From contig NW_021833073.1 in assembly GCF_006345805.1 (NCBI RefSeq), positions 1 to 64,000 of the forward strand: 64,000 nt of DNA, given 5' to 3'. Both the position numbers and the translations under genes were made by a program. This document shows, one piece after another, positions 34,975 through 49,029 of this stretch. The DNA comes from Octopus sinensis. Lineage: Eukaryota. Below the pieces are notes generated by a model. The model was not told the DNA's origin. It did not search any database and worked only from the letters and a program-made list of their open reading frames with translations. How positions within the stretch are numbered: position 1 is the first letter of the stretch; each line of letters starts with the position of its first letter.

Positions 34975-36253
34975 TTTCTAATATTTTCGGTATGTGGTTT
35001 AAGCAACTTCTTGCAATTAACCCTTTATTATAATTAAATATACATATATATATATTGTTCAGCTTTCTGTTTAAAATCTTTACCTGGCCCACGATGCTTT
35101 TGAAAGGGTCCATTCTGTCTGAAATATTGGTTTGAAATTTTCGCAAAAGGCCAGCGTTTTCGTGGGTTGGTGGTGGTGGTGGTGGTAGTGGTGGAGAAGT
35201 CGATTAAACTTATCCCAGGACGTAACGACGAACGAAATGCCGCCAAGCATTTTGTCCGGAGTGCTACCGATTCTGTCAGTTAGCTTCCTTCTCTGCCTGA
35301 AATATTGATGCCAGGATTCCAGTCCATAGACGATTTCGCCTCTTCCTGTCACCAATCACGGAGTCCATGAAAATTATGGATGCGGCTAGTTTTTCTTTCA
35401 GTACGTCTCACCTTCCATGTCTTCCAAATACATTCGTTCGTTATCACGGTAAACACCAGCTCACACAGCACTTACTCCTCTACCATGTATAATTATCTGT
35501 ATCTACGGCTCTCCACAACGCTGCTACAATGCTAACCTAAGAAAATTGATTTTGTTGCGATCCAACTTAGTTATTTGCCGCTGTATGTTCGCTTGGCATT
35601 CTCAAAATAGCTGTCAAATATTCTCAAAACCACAATTAGATATCTTATAGGAATGATATATTAGATGATAGCATTTTCTCCGTGACCAGAAATCATGAGA
35701 AGGAGTGTCACGCACAGAAATGGCTATGTAAATCGATCGGCCTTTCTTTCCTGGTTGCAGTCCAACCCCGTTGTTTAGACTTTGAGTTCTTACCACAGTG
35801 ACTCAGGAAGCTAAACGGCTGCGGCGAACAGCAAGCTGAAAGTTTTACAATGCAGTGGCCTTCTCCTAGGCGAATTGCTGTACAGGGCTAGAGTTCCACT
35901 TACCTTGGAGTTGCCGGGCGGGTGTCAAAGAGGGTACCAGACCGCCTGCAGACTCCACTTCCTGATTTGGTGTCGAAGCAGACTTTCTTAGCGTCTTCAT
36001 TTCCCAAGGCACTCACAAAGTAGCGAAGTTTTGTGCTTGGATTTTCTTCCCTTATATTCTGATTAACCCAAAGATGGGATCCTGTCAGATGCTATTACAA
36101 TGCGTCAGAGATCTAGGAGGGTGAAGAGGTGGATCCACACCCATCGAAATACTGGAATTACTAAGCCAGGGAACCCACTACCTGAGGCAGGTGAAATTCA
36201 TACTCAGACAAAATATATCAGACAATGTCGTCCTATATACATTGGCCAATATA

Positions 36254-37515
36254 CAGGGGCTCAACAAAATAAGGGAAACACCTTAAAATTTCAAACAAAT
36301 TTATTTTAATATGGGGTAGGGCCTCGTTTGGCAGTAATTACAGCTTGAATTCTATGAGGTATGGACTCGTACGAAGTTTGAATTTTTTCCAAAGGAATTT
36401 TTGTCCATTCTTCAGCTAAAACTGTCTCCAGTTCTTGTAGTGATGATGATGGAAGATATCGAATCCTTACATGTTTCTCTAAACTGCACCATAAATGTTC
36501 AAAAATATTGAGATCTGGGGACTGTGGTGACCAAATAAGATGTTCAACTTCATTAGAATGTTCCTCGTGCCATTCAGTAACAAAGTTAGCTTTGTCAATT
36601 GGTGCATTATCATCCTGAAAGACTGCATTTCTCTTCGGAAACAGTTCCCCAACCATAGGATGAATTTGATTAGATAAGATGCTTAAATAGTCTTGACTAT
36701 TAATTCTGCCATAAAGGGAAACTATTGGGCTGCCGGATTTCCAATATATAGACACCCCACCCCAGATCATATGAGTTGAAAGAAGGCAGTCTGAGTCAAA
36801 TGATTCTTTTGGCCGTCTCCATACGTATACTCAGCTGGTGGTCGGAAACAAGGTAAAGGATGACTCATCCGAGAAAATAACATTCTTCCACTGCTCTAAG
36901 GACCAATTCTGTAGGTTTTTATTCTACTCTAAACGCTTTGCAACGTTTGTTTTTGAAAGTAGGGGTTTTCTGATTGTAGCCCTCCCGTGAAATCCGGCTT
37001 TGTACAAATCCCGGCGAACGGTTTTTGTGGAAACTGGGTTCTCGAGGTGGTCACTAAGCTCCGCTGCAAGTTTGGGAGCTGTACATTTGTGATCCTTTCT
37101 AACAATTCGCGTAAGAGTCCGGCGGTCCCTATCTGAAAGTTTTGGTTTTCTTCTGGAGTTTTGTTTCAATGAGGTGTTTTTTACCTCTTTCTCAAAGGCT
37201 GTCTTTACTTTCGAGACAGTAATTCTTGATACAACAAACATTTCGTCTGTTTTCGTTACGCTAGTGCCTGCCATGCGAGGACCAACAATTTGACCTCTTT
37301 GAAAGTCCGATAGATCTGTCATTTTAGTGAGTTTTAATTACCTTTTTCTGGTGATATCTGAAGAGAAACAACAATTTTAGCAAAACATGTTAAGCAATGC
37401 TAATAATAAATCAAAAATAAAACATAAAAATAAACAAGCTTTTGACGGTTTTATAGATATTTGAAAATTATTATGCTATGATGTTTGATGTTTCCATTAT
37501 TTTGTCCAGCCCCTG
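36254..37515 (-). mobile_element. Tc1-like DNA transposon, 1262 bp
   Basis: TIRs CAGGGGCTCAACAAAATAAGGGAAACA / CAGGGGCTGGACAAAATAATGGAAACA; TA TSDs at 36252-36253 and 37516-37517. Confidence 0.95.
36306..37322 (-). pseudogene. Tc1 DD34E transposase, disrupted
   Basis: HTH region LSDFQRGQIVG...GRATIRKPLL; FSDES; WGG; QDDNAP...SPDLNIFEHLW; internal stops and a frameshift. Confidence 0.95.
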
Positions 37516-37765
37516 TATACGCACACCACACATATACACATACACACACACATACACACACACACATATACGCACTATAGTTTTGTTTTTCATGCTTACG
37601 ATGCTAGTGTAAAGAAATGAGAGAACTTTTAATCCTCGGTCTTCTATTCATCCAGCTACCTCCTCTTCCTTCCGTTCCTTGTTATTCCGAAGCCTTGCAT
37701 TCTGAGTTCGAATCCCACCAAGGTTAACTTTGTCTTTCTTCCTTCTAAGGGTGATAAATAAAGTA

Positions 37766-38138
37766 CAGTGATGCCTCACAGTACGAGTTTAATTCGTTCC
37801 ATGACCGGGATTGCCTTACGATTTACTTCTGTTACAAATCAATTTCCCCCATAGAAATTAACTAAAATATAATTAATCTGTTCTGGCACCCCTAAAGCCC
37901 ACTCAAAAATAATTTTTCATGGGTTTTGAAACAGAAAATGTATGGTTACAAGTAACGTGACAATTATAAAAAAGAGTATACAAAAGAACTATGTAAACTG
38001 GTTTTATTAACTGAATTACCTTAAAGCTGCGGATATCCGCTCTTACTTCAAGGCAAAAATTCGCACGAGTCTCGGCTCGTGCAACAAAATTACTAAATTA
38101 CTCGTGCAATTGGGCACTCGTACTGTGAGTTTCTACTG
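37766..38138. mobile_element. Tigger/pogo-like MITE
   Basis: TIRs CAGTGATGCCTCACAGTACGAG and CAGTAGAAACTCACAGTACGAG (reverse complement); TA on the left flank only. Confidence 0.65.
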
Positions 38139-38374
38139 TTCCAGTATAGTGTGTTGAGCTTATGAAAATCTTGAAGTGTCAGACGGTTTAGCTTCGCCTT
38201 CCGACTTTTTCTTAAAGATGAGAAAAAAAAAATCAAATTATGAGTGGTCTTGACTAAAGCATCTTTCATCATAGGCATGCCTGTTCAGGATTAACCCTGA
38301 GCTAAACAATAAAAACCAGCGATTCACCCCATCGTAGACAAGTAGAAAACACATACAGTGAAATAATTGGTTTA

Positions 38375-38790
38375 AACATAGGTACAAGGCCGGAAATTGT
38401 AAGGGATTATGTCGATTATATCTACCCGGATACTTGATTTATTTTTTTTTACTTTATTTAACGACCTCGAAAGGGTGGAGGGCATGATCAGCCTCGATGA
38501 GATTTGAACTCAGTGCGTAAAGAGCCGAAACAAGCACTGTGAAGTTGTTTGTCTGGCGCTCTAACGACTCTGCCAATTCTCTATCTTTGTACACACTGAA
38601 ATAACCCTTTCTTATTTTGATACAAGGCCAGTAATATTGAGGGATGGAGAAATCGATCTCATCGACCGAGTGTTTGACCGGTACTTACACGCATAAGGAC
38701 AAAAAGTAAAGTCGACCTCGGCGTAAAGACGGACGAAATACCACTAAGAATTTTGCCCGGCGTGTCAACGATTCTACCAGCTCGTCACCG
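38375..38790 (-). mobile_element. Two old family-A SINEs
   Basis: Degenerate cgaaagg...gatttgaactcag and gtcgacctcggcg...gacgaaatacc...ctcgtcacc. Confidence 0.7.
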
Positions 38791-41419
38791 CCACATACAG
38801 AAATAATAGCAGCAACAAGCACAGTGTGTGCAGCGATGTTTGACACAAAACATGGAGAAACTGATTAGACTGGGAGAAAACAACATACACAGGTACAGGT
38901 ACAGCATCGATTTTTACGGACCTTTATTTCTAAAGACTTTCCACATTACTGGTTGTTCTGTGCAAGGGGTGGTCATCTCTAAATTAAACAAATATAAATT
39001 TACTTAACTGTGCCTTTAGTTAAAGTATAATTGGCATAAGTTTATTAATACCAGACACTAGTTTGTGTATGGTACCAGTAAACTAGTCCAGTGGCTGCGG
39101 GAAATTGAAGTTCCTTCTCGTAAATAAGTGCGGACTACAAGAGGTTCTGGATCATCAGGATTCGAAAGGTCGGTGTTGGACCTATGCTGCACTACGTATC
39201 ATAAAGTACTGCATTTCGGAGAGTGAAGTGTGATCCTCAACTTGGCTGAGGTATGGTATGTCTGAGATACTCAACCTATAGACTGAACCTGTTTGTTCGC
39301 TCGACAACTATACGAGCAAATGAAGGAGTTTCTACGTCTTACTTGCTCGATATTTTAGAAATAACAGTCTTCAAATATACAACCGTTTAACACACACACA
39401 CTCACACACACTACATATTGGATAATGTACTTAGAAATTCATTATGCCTGAATAAATGACAGGATAGTCACGGCTGGAAAACATTCTATGAGGGCCGAGA
39501 ACAGACAACAATAATAACCACTTTATATGTATCGAAGCAACGGCGGCTAATTTACATGGTCTTTTCGGTGTCTGAGAGATACCAATCTAATCTCTCAAAT
39601 TACGCCCTGCTATCTCATATAACATAGTCCAATACGGAAGCTTGTGCTCCTCTATGCGTCATAGCCCAGATAAATTCCATCTTGTTTAACCTATAAACTT
39701 ATACGTTTACAAATCAAACTTTATAAACCTACGCATTAAATTCAGAGGTATCATGCATCTGGAAAATATATATGTGGGTCTCGTTTCGTCGTTGTCTCGT
39801 CTCTTGATAAGTAGGTCTGCCCTAGGGCTACATAACAATGACATAGAAATACATAGTGCAGCAGTGTTTCTCATAATTCAGAATATCGTGAGAGCTGAAA
39901 AGATGGCAAATTGCTATATTTAGTACAAATCATGCATTGGCTCAACGTGTTTGTATGGAAAAGGCTTTAACAAATAAGGAAACGAAATAGAGACGCCACA
40001 CAATTTAAGACATAATATACGACTTACTTTGACAGTAATCGCCTAGAATTGTCGTAGAATATGCGAATGTATGGCTGTGTGGTTAAGAAGCTCGCTTTGT
40101 AGCCATCTGGTTTTTTAGTTCAATCCCACTGTGTGGCACGTTGGGAAAATATATTCTGTTATAACCTTCAGCCAACAAATAAAGGATTATACAAGAGTCC
40201 CCCGATAGTAAATCAAAATTCCATAAACACTATCTGTAATTCTGTATTGACTCGAATGGAAACAATGTGTCGCTCAAGAAGGACTTCAGTTTCAACAATT
40301 TTCATGATGTTTCATATTTAGATGCTTTTATTAAATTCAATCAGTTGTTAAACATAAATAAATCTTGGAATTAAATGGTTTTGATTTACCGTAAGGTAAC
40401 ATTTGGCCAACCCTGTACATTGTGAGAGAATTTGGTCGATGGAAACTCTGTAGAGACGCGTCGTATTCGTGTGTGTGTGTGTCTGTGTGTGTATTCATGT
40501 GCGGATGTGTGGTTGTGTGTTTGCCATCCCATCGTTTGACAGCTAGTGTTGATTCGCTTACGCCTTCGTAACTTAGCTATGTATAGCTTTACCTGCTTCG
40601 AAGTCCAGCTTTAAAAATGAATTATTTCATGTCTCTCGAAGTTTCTAAATCTTTATGGCGTAAATAAAATATGTGTGTGTGTGATAGGTTTTAGGCTTCT
40701 ACATTCACCCACAATGCATCGCTCAACCCGGGGCTATAGAAGAAGACAATTGTCCAAATTTGCGCACTGTGGGGCTGAACCTGAAACTCAGTAATCACAA
40801 AGCGCGCTTCTTAGCCTCATACCCACAATTACGCTTATTAAGTTAAGAAAATTTGATTAATTACATTTGTATTCAAGTCTCTTATCTTTTACTTGTTTCA
40901 GTCATTTGACTGTGGCCATGCTGGGGCACAGTCTTGAATTCTTTTAGTCGAATGAATCAACTAAAAAATTAATTTTCAAGTCTTGTACTTATTCCATCGC
41001 TCGGATCTTTTCCCTTTCAACAGCAGCTCGATTAATTCATTTTCTTTAACTAAACACTTTGAAACTTCGTTTACTGGTAGAATGTGTCATATAGAGCATC
41101 TTTTACTCTTAGCGTTGTTGAGAAAAGTTTCTATTTACGAAGTTACTTCGTGTTAAAGTTGTCTTATTTCGGCAATTTCAAAAATACGTATGTGCCTTTG
41201 TGTTTCAAAGTAATTATTCCGTGGAGTGTGTGTATGTTGTGTGTTGTGTGTGTATTGTGTGTGTGTGACTTTTTACGTACCTTCCCCACTCACCACCTTG
41301 TAGTTCTCATCTCTTCTTCCTCTCCCTCTACTTTTCTCGTTAAGCTGCCTGCATCCTCCCTGCCTTTTACAATATCTCTCTTCTCCCATTCTACCTTTGC
41401 AAAACACGCATTACGATGT

Positions 41420-41950
41420 CAACTACTACTACATGATTCTGGATTCAGTTCCACTGTGATGGCGGGCGTGAGGGACAAACACAGACACCCACACACACTC
41501 ACAAACACACAAATATACATATATACAGGCACAGGAGTGACTGTGTAGTAATTAGCTTGCTTACCAACTACGTAATTCCGGGTTCAGTCCCACTGCGTGG
41601 CACCTTAGGCAAGTGTCTTGCACTATAGCCTCGAGCCGAGCAAAGCCGTGTCAATGGATTTGCTAGACGGAAACTGAAAGAAGCCCTTCATATATATATA
41701 TAAATGTGAGCTGTGTGTGATTGTGTATCTGTGTTTGTCCCCCCACCATCGCTTGAAAACCGATGTTGGTGTTTCAGACCCCGTAACTTAGCAATTCGGC
41801 AAGCTATGCTTACAAAGTTTAAGTCCTGGGGTCGATTCGTTCGAGTAAAGACGGTGCTCTAGCATGGCCGCAGTCAAATGACTGCAACAAATAAAAGCAT
41901 CATAAGGTTGGGAAGCAAGCTTCTTACCACACAGCCACGCCTGCGCCTAT
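41420..41950. mobile_element. Family-B SINE cluster, including the empty site of the 31233-33203 insertion
   Basis: 41550-41564 reads gtaagcaagctaatt on the minus strand, as a single copy. Confidence 0.85.
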
Positions 41951-41981
41951 GTATATATATATATTTTTATATAAGTATAAA

Positions 41982-42016
<35 letters not shown>

Positions 42017-42369
42017 TGAGTGAACATGCATGATTGTGCATACGTAAAGAATGTACGTATGACTGTATTTCTTTGCTAACTTATTATCGGTGCAGGATGT
42101 AAACATCGATGAGAGAACTGAAAAATCGATTCCTTATAACAATGTGCTAGTGATCAATTCGTTTCACATCTATGTTCAAAGAGGTTCCTTCTTCAGAAAT
42201 TGTCATATCAAATTCTTACAAGAAAAAGAAACTACTGCGTAAAAATGACATTTAAAATGACAATAATAATGAAGCTGTATTCTTAACTTGTAATATTTCG
42301 AATTCGTTAAAACTATCAAGCTTTCTAATATGTACTAATTAGTGCTCATTTAGAAAAGAAGCAGTGGTT

Positions 42370-42722
42370 ATATGACAAAGTGGCACTCCGTCGGTTACAA
42401 TGACGAGAGCTCAAATTGATCCGATCAACGGATCAGCCTGCTCGCGATATTAACGTGCAAGTGGCTGAGCACTCTACAGATACGTGTATCCTTAACGTAG
42501 TTGTCGGGAAGATTCAGCGTGACACAAAGCGTAACAAGGCTGGCCCTTTGAAATACGGGTATATTAGAAAGAGGAAGAAAGAGAGAATGCTGGGTGAAAG
42601 AGTACAGCAGAGCTCACCACCACCACCCCCTGCCGGAGCTTCGTGGACCTTTAGGTGTTTACACTCAATAAGCACTCACAACGCGAGTCCACTGCCCTAA
42701 CCACTGGGCCATTGCGCCCCCA
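42370..42722 (-). mobile_element. tRNA-derived SINE with family-C head and a different 3' tail
   Basis: ggggcgcaatggcccagtggttagggcagtggactcgcg...ctccggcagggg...ctgctgtactctttcacc, shared with 57075-57375. Confidence 0.75.
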
Positions 42723-43377
42723 CTATGTGAAAGTAACTCTGATGGGTTTGAGGAAGGAACAGAATAAGCTAGTAAATTACGTTGTTCATTGAAGCAAATA
42801 AAAACATAAATGTGTTTATTACATACTCATATTACTGTAAGAGATATCCACCCATCTGATACAACCGCATGAGAACGGATCTCGCAAACAATGACATTGC
42901 AGTCGAGTTTAAAACGGAAATGGTTAAACAGGCGCAGGCATGACCGTGTAGTTAAGAAACTTGCTTTACAGTCCCGCGATTTCGGGTTCAGTCTTACTGT
43001 GCAGCTCCTTGGACAAGTGCCTTCTTCTATGACCTCAAACTGACCAATGCGTGAATAGCAGAACTTGCTAGACGCATACATATATCTTTTATCTTTGTTT
43101 ACTTGTTTCAGTCATTACACAGCCATGCTGGAGCACAGCCTTGAATATTTGGTCGAATGAATCGACTCCAGTACTTATTTATTCTAGCCTGGTACTAATT
43201 CTGTCTGTCTCTTTTTGTGGGACCGTTGAGTTACGGTGACGCAAACACATTAACACCGGTTGTGAATCGGTGGTTGTGGGGTGACAAACACAGACACAAA
43301 TGCACACACACACGAGATATACATACATATATAATAATATAAATAATATATAAATATATGCATATATACATATATAC

Positions 43378-45714
43378 ATGAAAATGGAATTTGTAGACGC
43401 AACAACACAACCCATTTTTTAGGGAGAGGATACCTCAACCAGACTCCAGACCCAATACACCAAAAATTCGGGATGAACTTACAAAACACATAGACCCCAA
43501 AATAATAAACTTATCCAAAAGAGAACTAGACGAAAATGAAATGAACCTACTACTAAAAGGCCTCAAATTTACACCTACACCCACTCCAAACCTCATAGAA
43601 CTAAAAACTGATATAGACAACTTCAGCCGCCACCTCCGACTTATGGAATTCTTTGAAAACAAAGAAACAGAAGATAACTCAATCATAAGAAAAAAATCCC
43701 ACTTCACCCCTTACAAGGGAAGTGACAAACACCTTGACTCAAACATAGAGACAATATCCAAATTCCCTCTCCACACACACAAATGCAAACAGAATCTCCG
43801 CAGAAGAGAAAAACAAGCCTTACAGAAACTGAAAAATGACAAGTCAATCATTATAAAAGAAGCTGACAAAGGTGGAGCAATAGTAATTATGGACACAGAT
43901 TACTACAAAGAAAAGAATAACCAGACATACTATAAAGAAGAACCAACACCACCGGAGAAAGCAACAATAAAGAAAATTAGAACTTTAGTCAATGAATACC
44001 AGGACTCCTTTACAGATAAGGAGAAAGACTATCTCTGCAACTCACGAACCAAAGAAAGCAACTTTTATGGATTACCTAAAATTCATAAAAGCTCTGAAAT
44101 ACAGAGAGCCATAAAGGAACAGAGGAACCACTATATAAAAATACAAAGGCATGCAGACCTCACAATGAGACCAATAGTGGCAGGACCCCAGGCACCAACA
44201 CAACAACTAAGCCACTTCATAGATATACTCCTCAAACCTTTATGCCCACAGATACCAAGCTACATAAGGGATGACATAGACTTCCTCACACACATTCCAA
44301 ATACAGTCCCGAAAAAACACCATACTTGCAAGCTTGATGTCACAAATCTATACACAAACATTCCACACACCCTAGGTCTAGAAGCTATAAAACAATCAAT
44401 AGAAAAACACAGAGAACTTATAGACGAACGCTTCAAGACAAACTTTATCACCCAAGCCATCCAACTAATACCCGAAGAAAATACATTCTCATTCAACAAC
44501 AAAACATACCGACAGATAAAAGGCACGGCTATGGGTACAAAATTCGCACCCTCATATGCCAACCTGGTGATGGGCTTCCTGGAGAACAAACTATATGATG
44601 AAATAGGGAAAGTCTTCGAACACAACTTCAGAGAAGACATCAAGAAAAAGTGGAAACGCTACCTCGATGACTGCTTCATCTTTTGGAACAGATCAGAAGA
44701 AGACCTACGAACATTCCACAACATCCTCAATACACTGCACCCATCTATCAACTTCACAATAGATATTAGCCACAACGAACTTCCCTTCCTAGACATCAAC
44801 ATCAAAATACACAACTCCATCGTCACAACAGACATCCACTACAAAAAAAACTGACACACACCAATACTTAAATTTCCACTCCTGCCACCCATCCCACACA
44901 AAAAGAAACATCCCATATAGTATGGCAAGACGAATATGTAGCATAGTTACTGATTCACAAATACGACTAATAAGACTAGATGAACTCAAAAACTTCCTCC
45001 TAGAGCAAAAATACCCCCTTAAACTAATAGAAAATGGAATCACAAGAGCATTAAAACTAGACATCACACAACTCAGGACACCCAAAACAAAAACAAAGAA
45101 AACATTATCCCATTTATAAACACGCACAACCCTGGAGTTACCAACATCTTCCAAACCATACATTCAAACCTACCAATAGTCTTACAAAGCCCCAAAATGA
45201 AGAACATATTAAACAAATATAGCATAAAAAACAGTAGACGACAGGACAAAAACCTAAAGAAACACCTAACAAGAGCGAAATTCTCTTCAGAAACTAAAAC
45301 GAAATTCTTTGCAAAAGAGTGCGGAGATGGTAGATGTGGGATCTGCAGCAACCCCACCTACAAAAACATAGAGGGAAACAGAGAGATAAGATTTAAAAGT
45401 GGTGACATATTCAAAATAAATGCAGATATGAACTGCAAGACGCAGAACGTTATATACTGCATAACCTGCCCCACGTGCAAGGAGAATTACGTAGGTGAAA
45501 CTGGTAATTCTTTGTGCCAGCGAGCCATGATTCACCAGCAAAATATTCGGCAGGAAGAACTACGCAAAATACCACTAAGCACAACCTAGCTACGTGTGGA
45601 GAAGGAAAATTTAAGATATTTCCCTTCTACAAATGTCCGAAGAACGACATCTCTTTCAGGAGAAATATGGAAAAATATTTCATAGCTAAGTTCTCCCCCA
45701 AATTAAATGGCTGA
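43378..45714 (+). mobile_element. Penelope-like element PLE2 (Neptune-type linker), RT + GIY-YIG, frameshifted
   Basis: NLLLKGLKFTPTP, FYGLPKIHK, MRPIV, GTAMGTKFAPSYANL, RYLDD, CGDGRCGIC linker, VIYCITC..C..NYVGETG. Confidence 0.95.
43541..44854 (+). pseudogene. PLE2 reverse transcriptase segment (437 aa open)
   Basis: ORF track; continues out of frame into 44922-45119 and the GIY-YIG segment 45197-45714. Confidence 0.9.
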
Positions 45715-45734
45715 AACCTTACTCATCATACATT

Positions 45735-45820
45735 GAAGGACAAATCTTTTGATTTACAATATAATATAGTAGAACACTTAGTGTCTGTGTGTGTATATAT
45801 ATATATACTATATATATATA

Positions 45821-45860
<40 letters not shown>

Positions 45861-46510
45861 TATATATATGTATACATTTATATATATATATATGTATGTG
45901 TATGTATAATATATATATGTATGTGTGTGGTATATGTATGTGTGTTATATATATGTATACATTTATTTATATATATATATGTAGGTGTATGTATATATAT
46001 ATGTATGTGTGTGTGTATATATATGTGTGTATGTATATATATTGCTTGTTATATACATTATATTATTTTTGTAATTTACTTGATCTTTACTTGCCAAGTG
46101 TCATTCTAATTCTAACCTTCCTATATGCAATTTTCAAGATGGTGTAATTTGATTGTTCATTTTGAATCGATAGAATGTTTTTTCTAATATTTCATGTATA
46201 GGCATGTATATATGTGTATATATAGTGACATGGAAGGACACATCTTTCGATTTACAATCTAATAAAGTAGAACATTTAGTATATGTCTGTATGTATATAT
46301 ATATGTGTGTGTGTATATATATATTGCCTGTTATATACATTATATTATTATTATTTTTATATTTTACTTCATCTGTACTCTTTAACTGTCACTTTAATTT
46401 TAACTTTCCAATGATATACAATTTTCAAGATGGTGTAATTTAGTTGTTCATTTTGAACCGATAAAAGGGTTTTTTTTTCAAATATTTCATGTATAAACGT
46501 GTAGATATGT
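45735..46510 (+). repeat. Two imperfect tandem units downstream of PLE2 (pseudo-LTR-like)
   Basis: gaaggaca.atctt..gatttacaat...ttttcaagatggtgtaattt...ttcatgtata at 45735 and again at 46233. Confidence 0.75.
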
Positions 46511-48654
46511 ATACAGTGGTATAAATATCAACACAAAAAAATATTTTTATTCCCCCTCCTCCCTTATTTTTCTTTTTCCCTTTTTTTTGTCTCTCTCCCC
46601 TTCTCCAAACACACAGACACACACACACACACCGCCACAAAAGGTGACAAGAATTCTTAAAAGACCCGAAAAGGCATTTGACCATCCCAACAATGATAAA
46701 AGGAAATATAATTTATGGATTACCTCCCCACCAACACACACTCAATGACATTGTGAAATGGTCAAAGCTGAAATTCTTAGGACCCCCCTTCGAGTTAATA
46801 TCCTGTCCAGCTGACATTCCTCCCACCACAACCAGAGATTATAAAATGATTAAAATGCCCAGCAGAGGAACTCATTTTTATTTGAAAACCCCACTAGAAT
46901 GGGAGAAAGCGCTAATGAACTAAGTGATATGATATATGTAAAAAATGTAATATATAAATATCTATAAATACAAACCATCCGATCTTCTGATTACCTCATT
47001 TCTTCTAATATATTATTGTGGGTTTAGCTTAAGGACAGTTGGCCGCGACCTACTTTGGAATATATCCATTGTCCTGTCAGATTCAGGTGGATTGATTGGT
47101 TCTGGGTAAACCTGCGACCCCTTTCGGGTGAACCAAAGTTCGTTCTAAACACCCCTTAAAGAAGGAAGAATCTAGTGACAGTGAAGAAGAGGAAGAAGAA
47201 AGTAGTGAGGAAGACAGATTAAGGAATCTGAGAGAGCTGTCGTGAGAGAGTGACAGCGACAGCGTCGATAAAGACAGGCAGATAGGGCCAAGCGGCGATA
47301 GAGAGAATATTAGCAGTGCTAGGGGAGATTGGGGGTGGTGAGAGAGCAATAGGTTTTGGCAGTCGGTATTTGGTCGTCAAGGCGAGCGGTTGGAATTAAG
47401 CAGTCGGCGGTTTTGAAGTATTGGGACAGAGAGACATATATACAGAGGAATAGGCGGCTGATAGAGAGGAACTACAATATGAGACGTTGGCTAATGTACG
47501 GTACGTGTTGTGAATTGTAACGTGAATTGTTGTATTGATATGTGAAGAAAAAGAAGGAAAGAGTTGTGGTATTTATGTTAAAGAAATGTATAAAGACATT
47601 ATGTTAACGAAAGAACAGTGCTAGAGAAATGAGACAGTGAAAAGAATCGATGTATTGAAATGTGTAAGGACATTGTGTACAGTGTTGTGATTTGAACATT
47701 GTATAATGAACATTGAACTGTTAGGCCTTTAATGTCCTTTGAACTGTATATGCCTTTAATGTGTTTTGAAACAGAACTGTGTCTCCGGACGTGTACTCTT
47801 GAAATGCTGTTGTTATTGAACTTGATGTGTTGTTACCGGACGGTTATATTGTATCTGCATGTTTAAATGCTTTGATCTGTGGTATACCTGTATGATGTAT
47901 TGAGTTGTCACGTGCATGTCCTCTTTTAAATGTATCTGAAATGTAATTGATGTTGTAACAATTGATTGTCATAAACTAGTGTTAAATGTAAGCCAATTGC
48001 CTTGCCTCTTTGTGTCTCTCTCGGTTGCCTCTGTGCTGCTGCTGCTGTTGTTGTTGTATCTCTCTCTCCTCTCCGAGTTTCCGTGGCAAAAATATTCGCT
48101 GCATCGAACGGGCCTGTGTGAGGGATTCCGTAACAGTTTTCGGAGGTCCCCTCGTAACAATATAATACCTGTACATCATCTCCAAACCTTCCAATATACA
48201 TACATATATATACATAACTAAACATATATGTATATATACATGCGTATACATGCACAGGCCATCAAAAAAACGTTGAACACAATGAGAAACGAAAACATAA
48301 AAACTAAACATAGAAACAAACTTTTTTAACAACAAAAAAAACCAGAGAAACGAGACACACAAGACAGAACAATGCGAATAAAGCAGTAAAAACAAACGTT
48401 AAGCCAAGAGGATGGAAAAATTATGCTGAACGCTTGAAGAGACGGGCTTATGAAGAGACAGGAAAAGAATAGGGAAGGGTGGGAGCGAAAACCAGAGAGG
48501 ATGAAGAACAAGAGAGAGAGAGAGAGATAGACAAAGAAGCGATAGAGAGGATGAAGAACAAGAGAAAGAGAGAGAGATAGACAAATAAGAGATAGTAAAG
48601 AAGAAGAGTGCGCATCGTAATTACTAAGATAAATATCACTTGGAAAAGTATGCG

Positions 48655-48700
<46 letters not shown>

Positions 48701-49029
48701 CCCTAATTCCCTTCTGCATTTCTTGCCTCTTCCTCTTGTTTTCAAGAGCTACAAACATCTCTAATTGATTGAAGATCTGCTTAACAACATACCCAACTAC
48801 CAACGGCATCTCCTTTCACAATACTGAGTTATCTCACCCCTTCCCACCTTCCTATACTCACTCCTTTTACATCTCTTCGCTCGACCGACAACAAACTCGA
48901 AGGATGTGTCAATATTTCAGATGATGGGTCGTGTTAGACACAGCCCCGACTGCTGCAAAAGAGAGTATATCCACTGACAGCTTCTCGGTGCGTTCAAAAA
49001 TCACTAGTATATTCTATTACTCTTTTACT

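Noticed and set aside
39085-39170. CTGATGA plus a TCCAG/CTGGA stem on the minus strand as a hammerhead
   Set aside because: No GAAA or NUH follows the stem.
48060-48290. tacgagggg...ccgaaaactgttacggaat as a mariner TIR
   Set aside because: No matching second TIR or transposase was found.
48915-48960. CAGATGA-GGG...CCC-GAC as a hammerhead; similar partial cores at about 370-395 and 57755-57825
   Set aside because: Two or more core positions are missing, so these cannot be told from chance.
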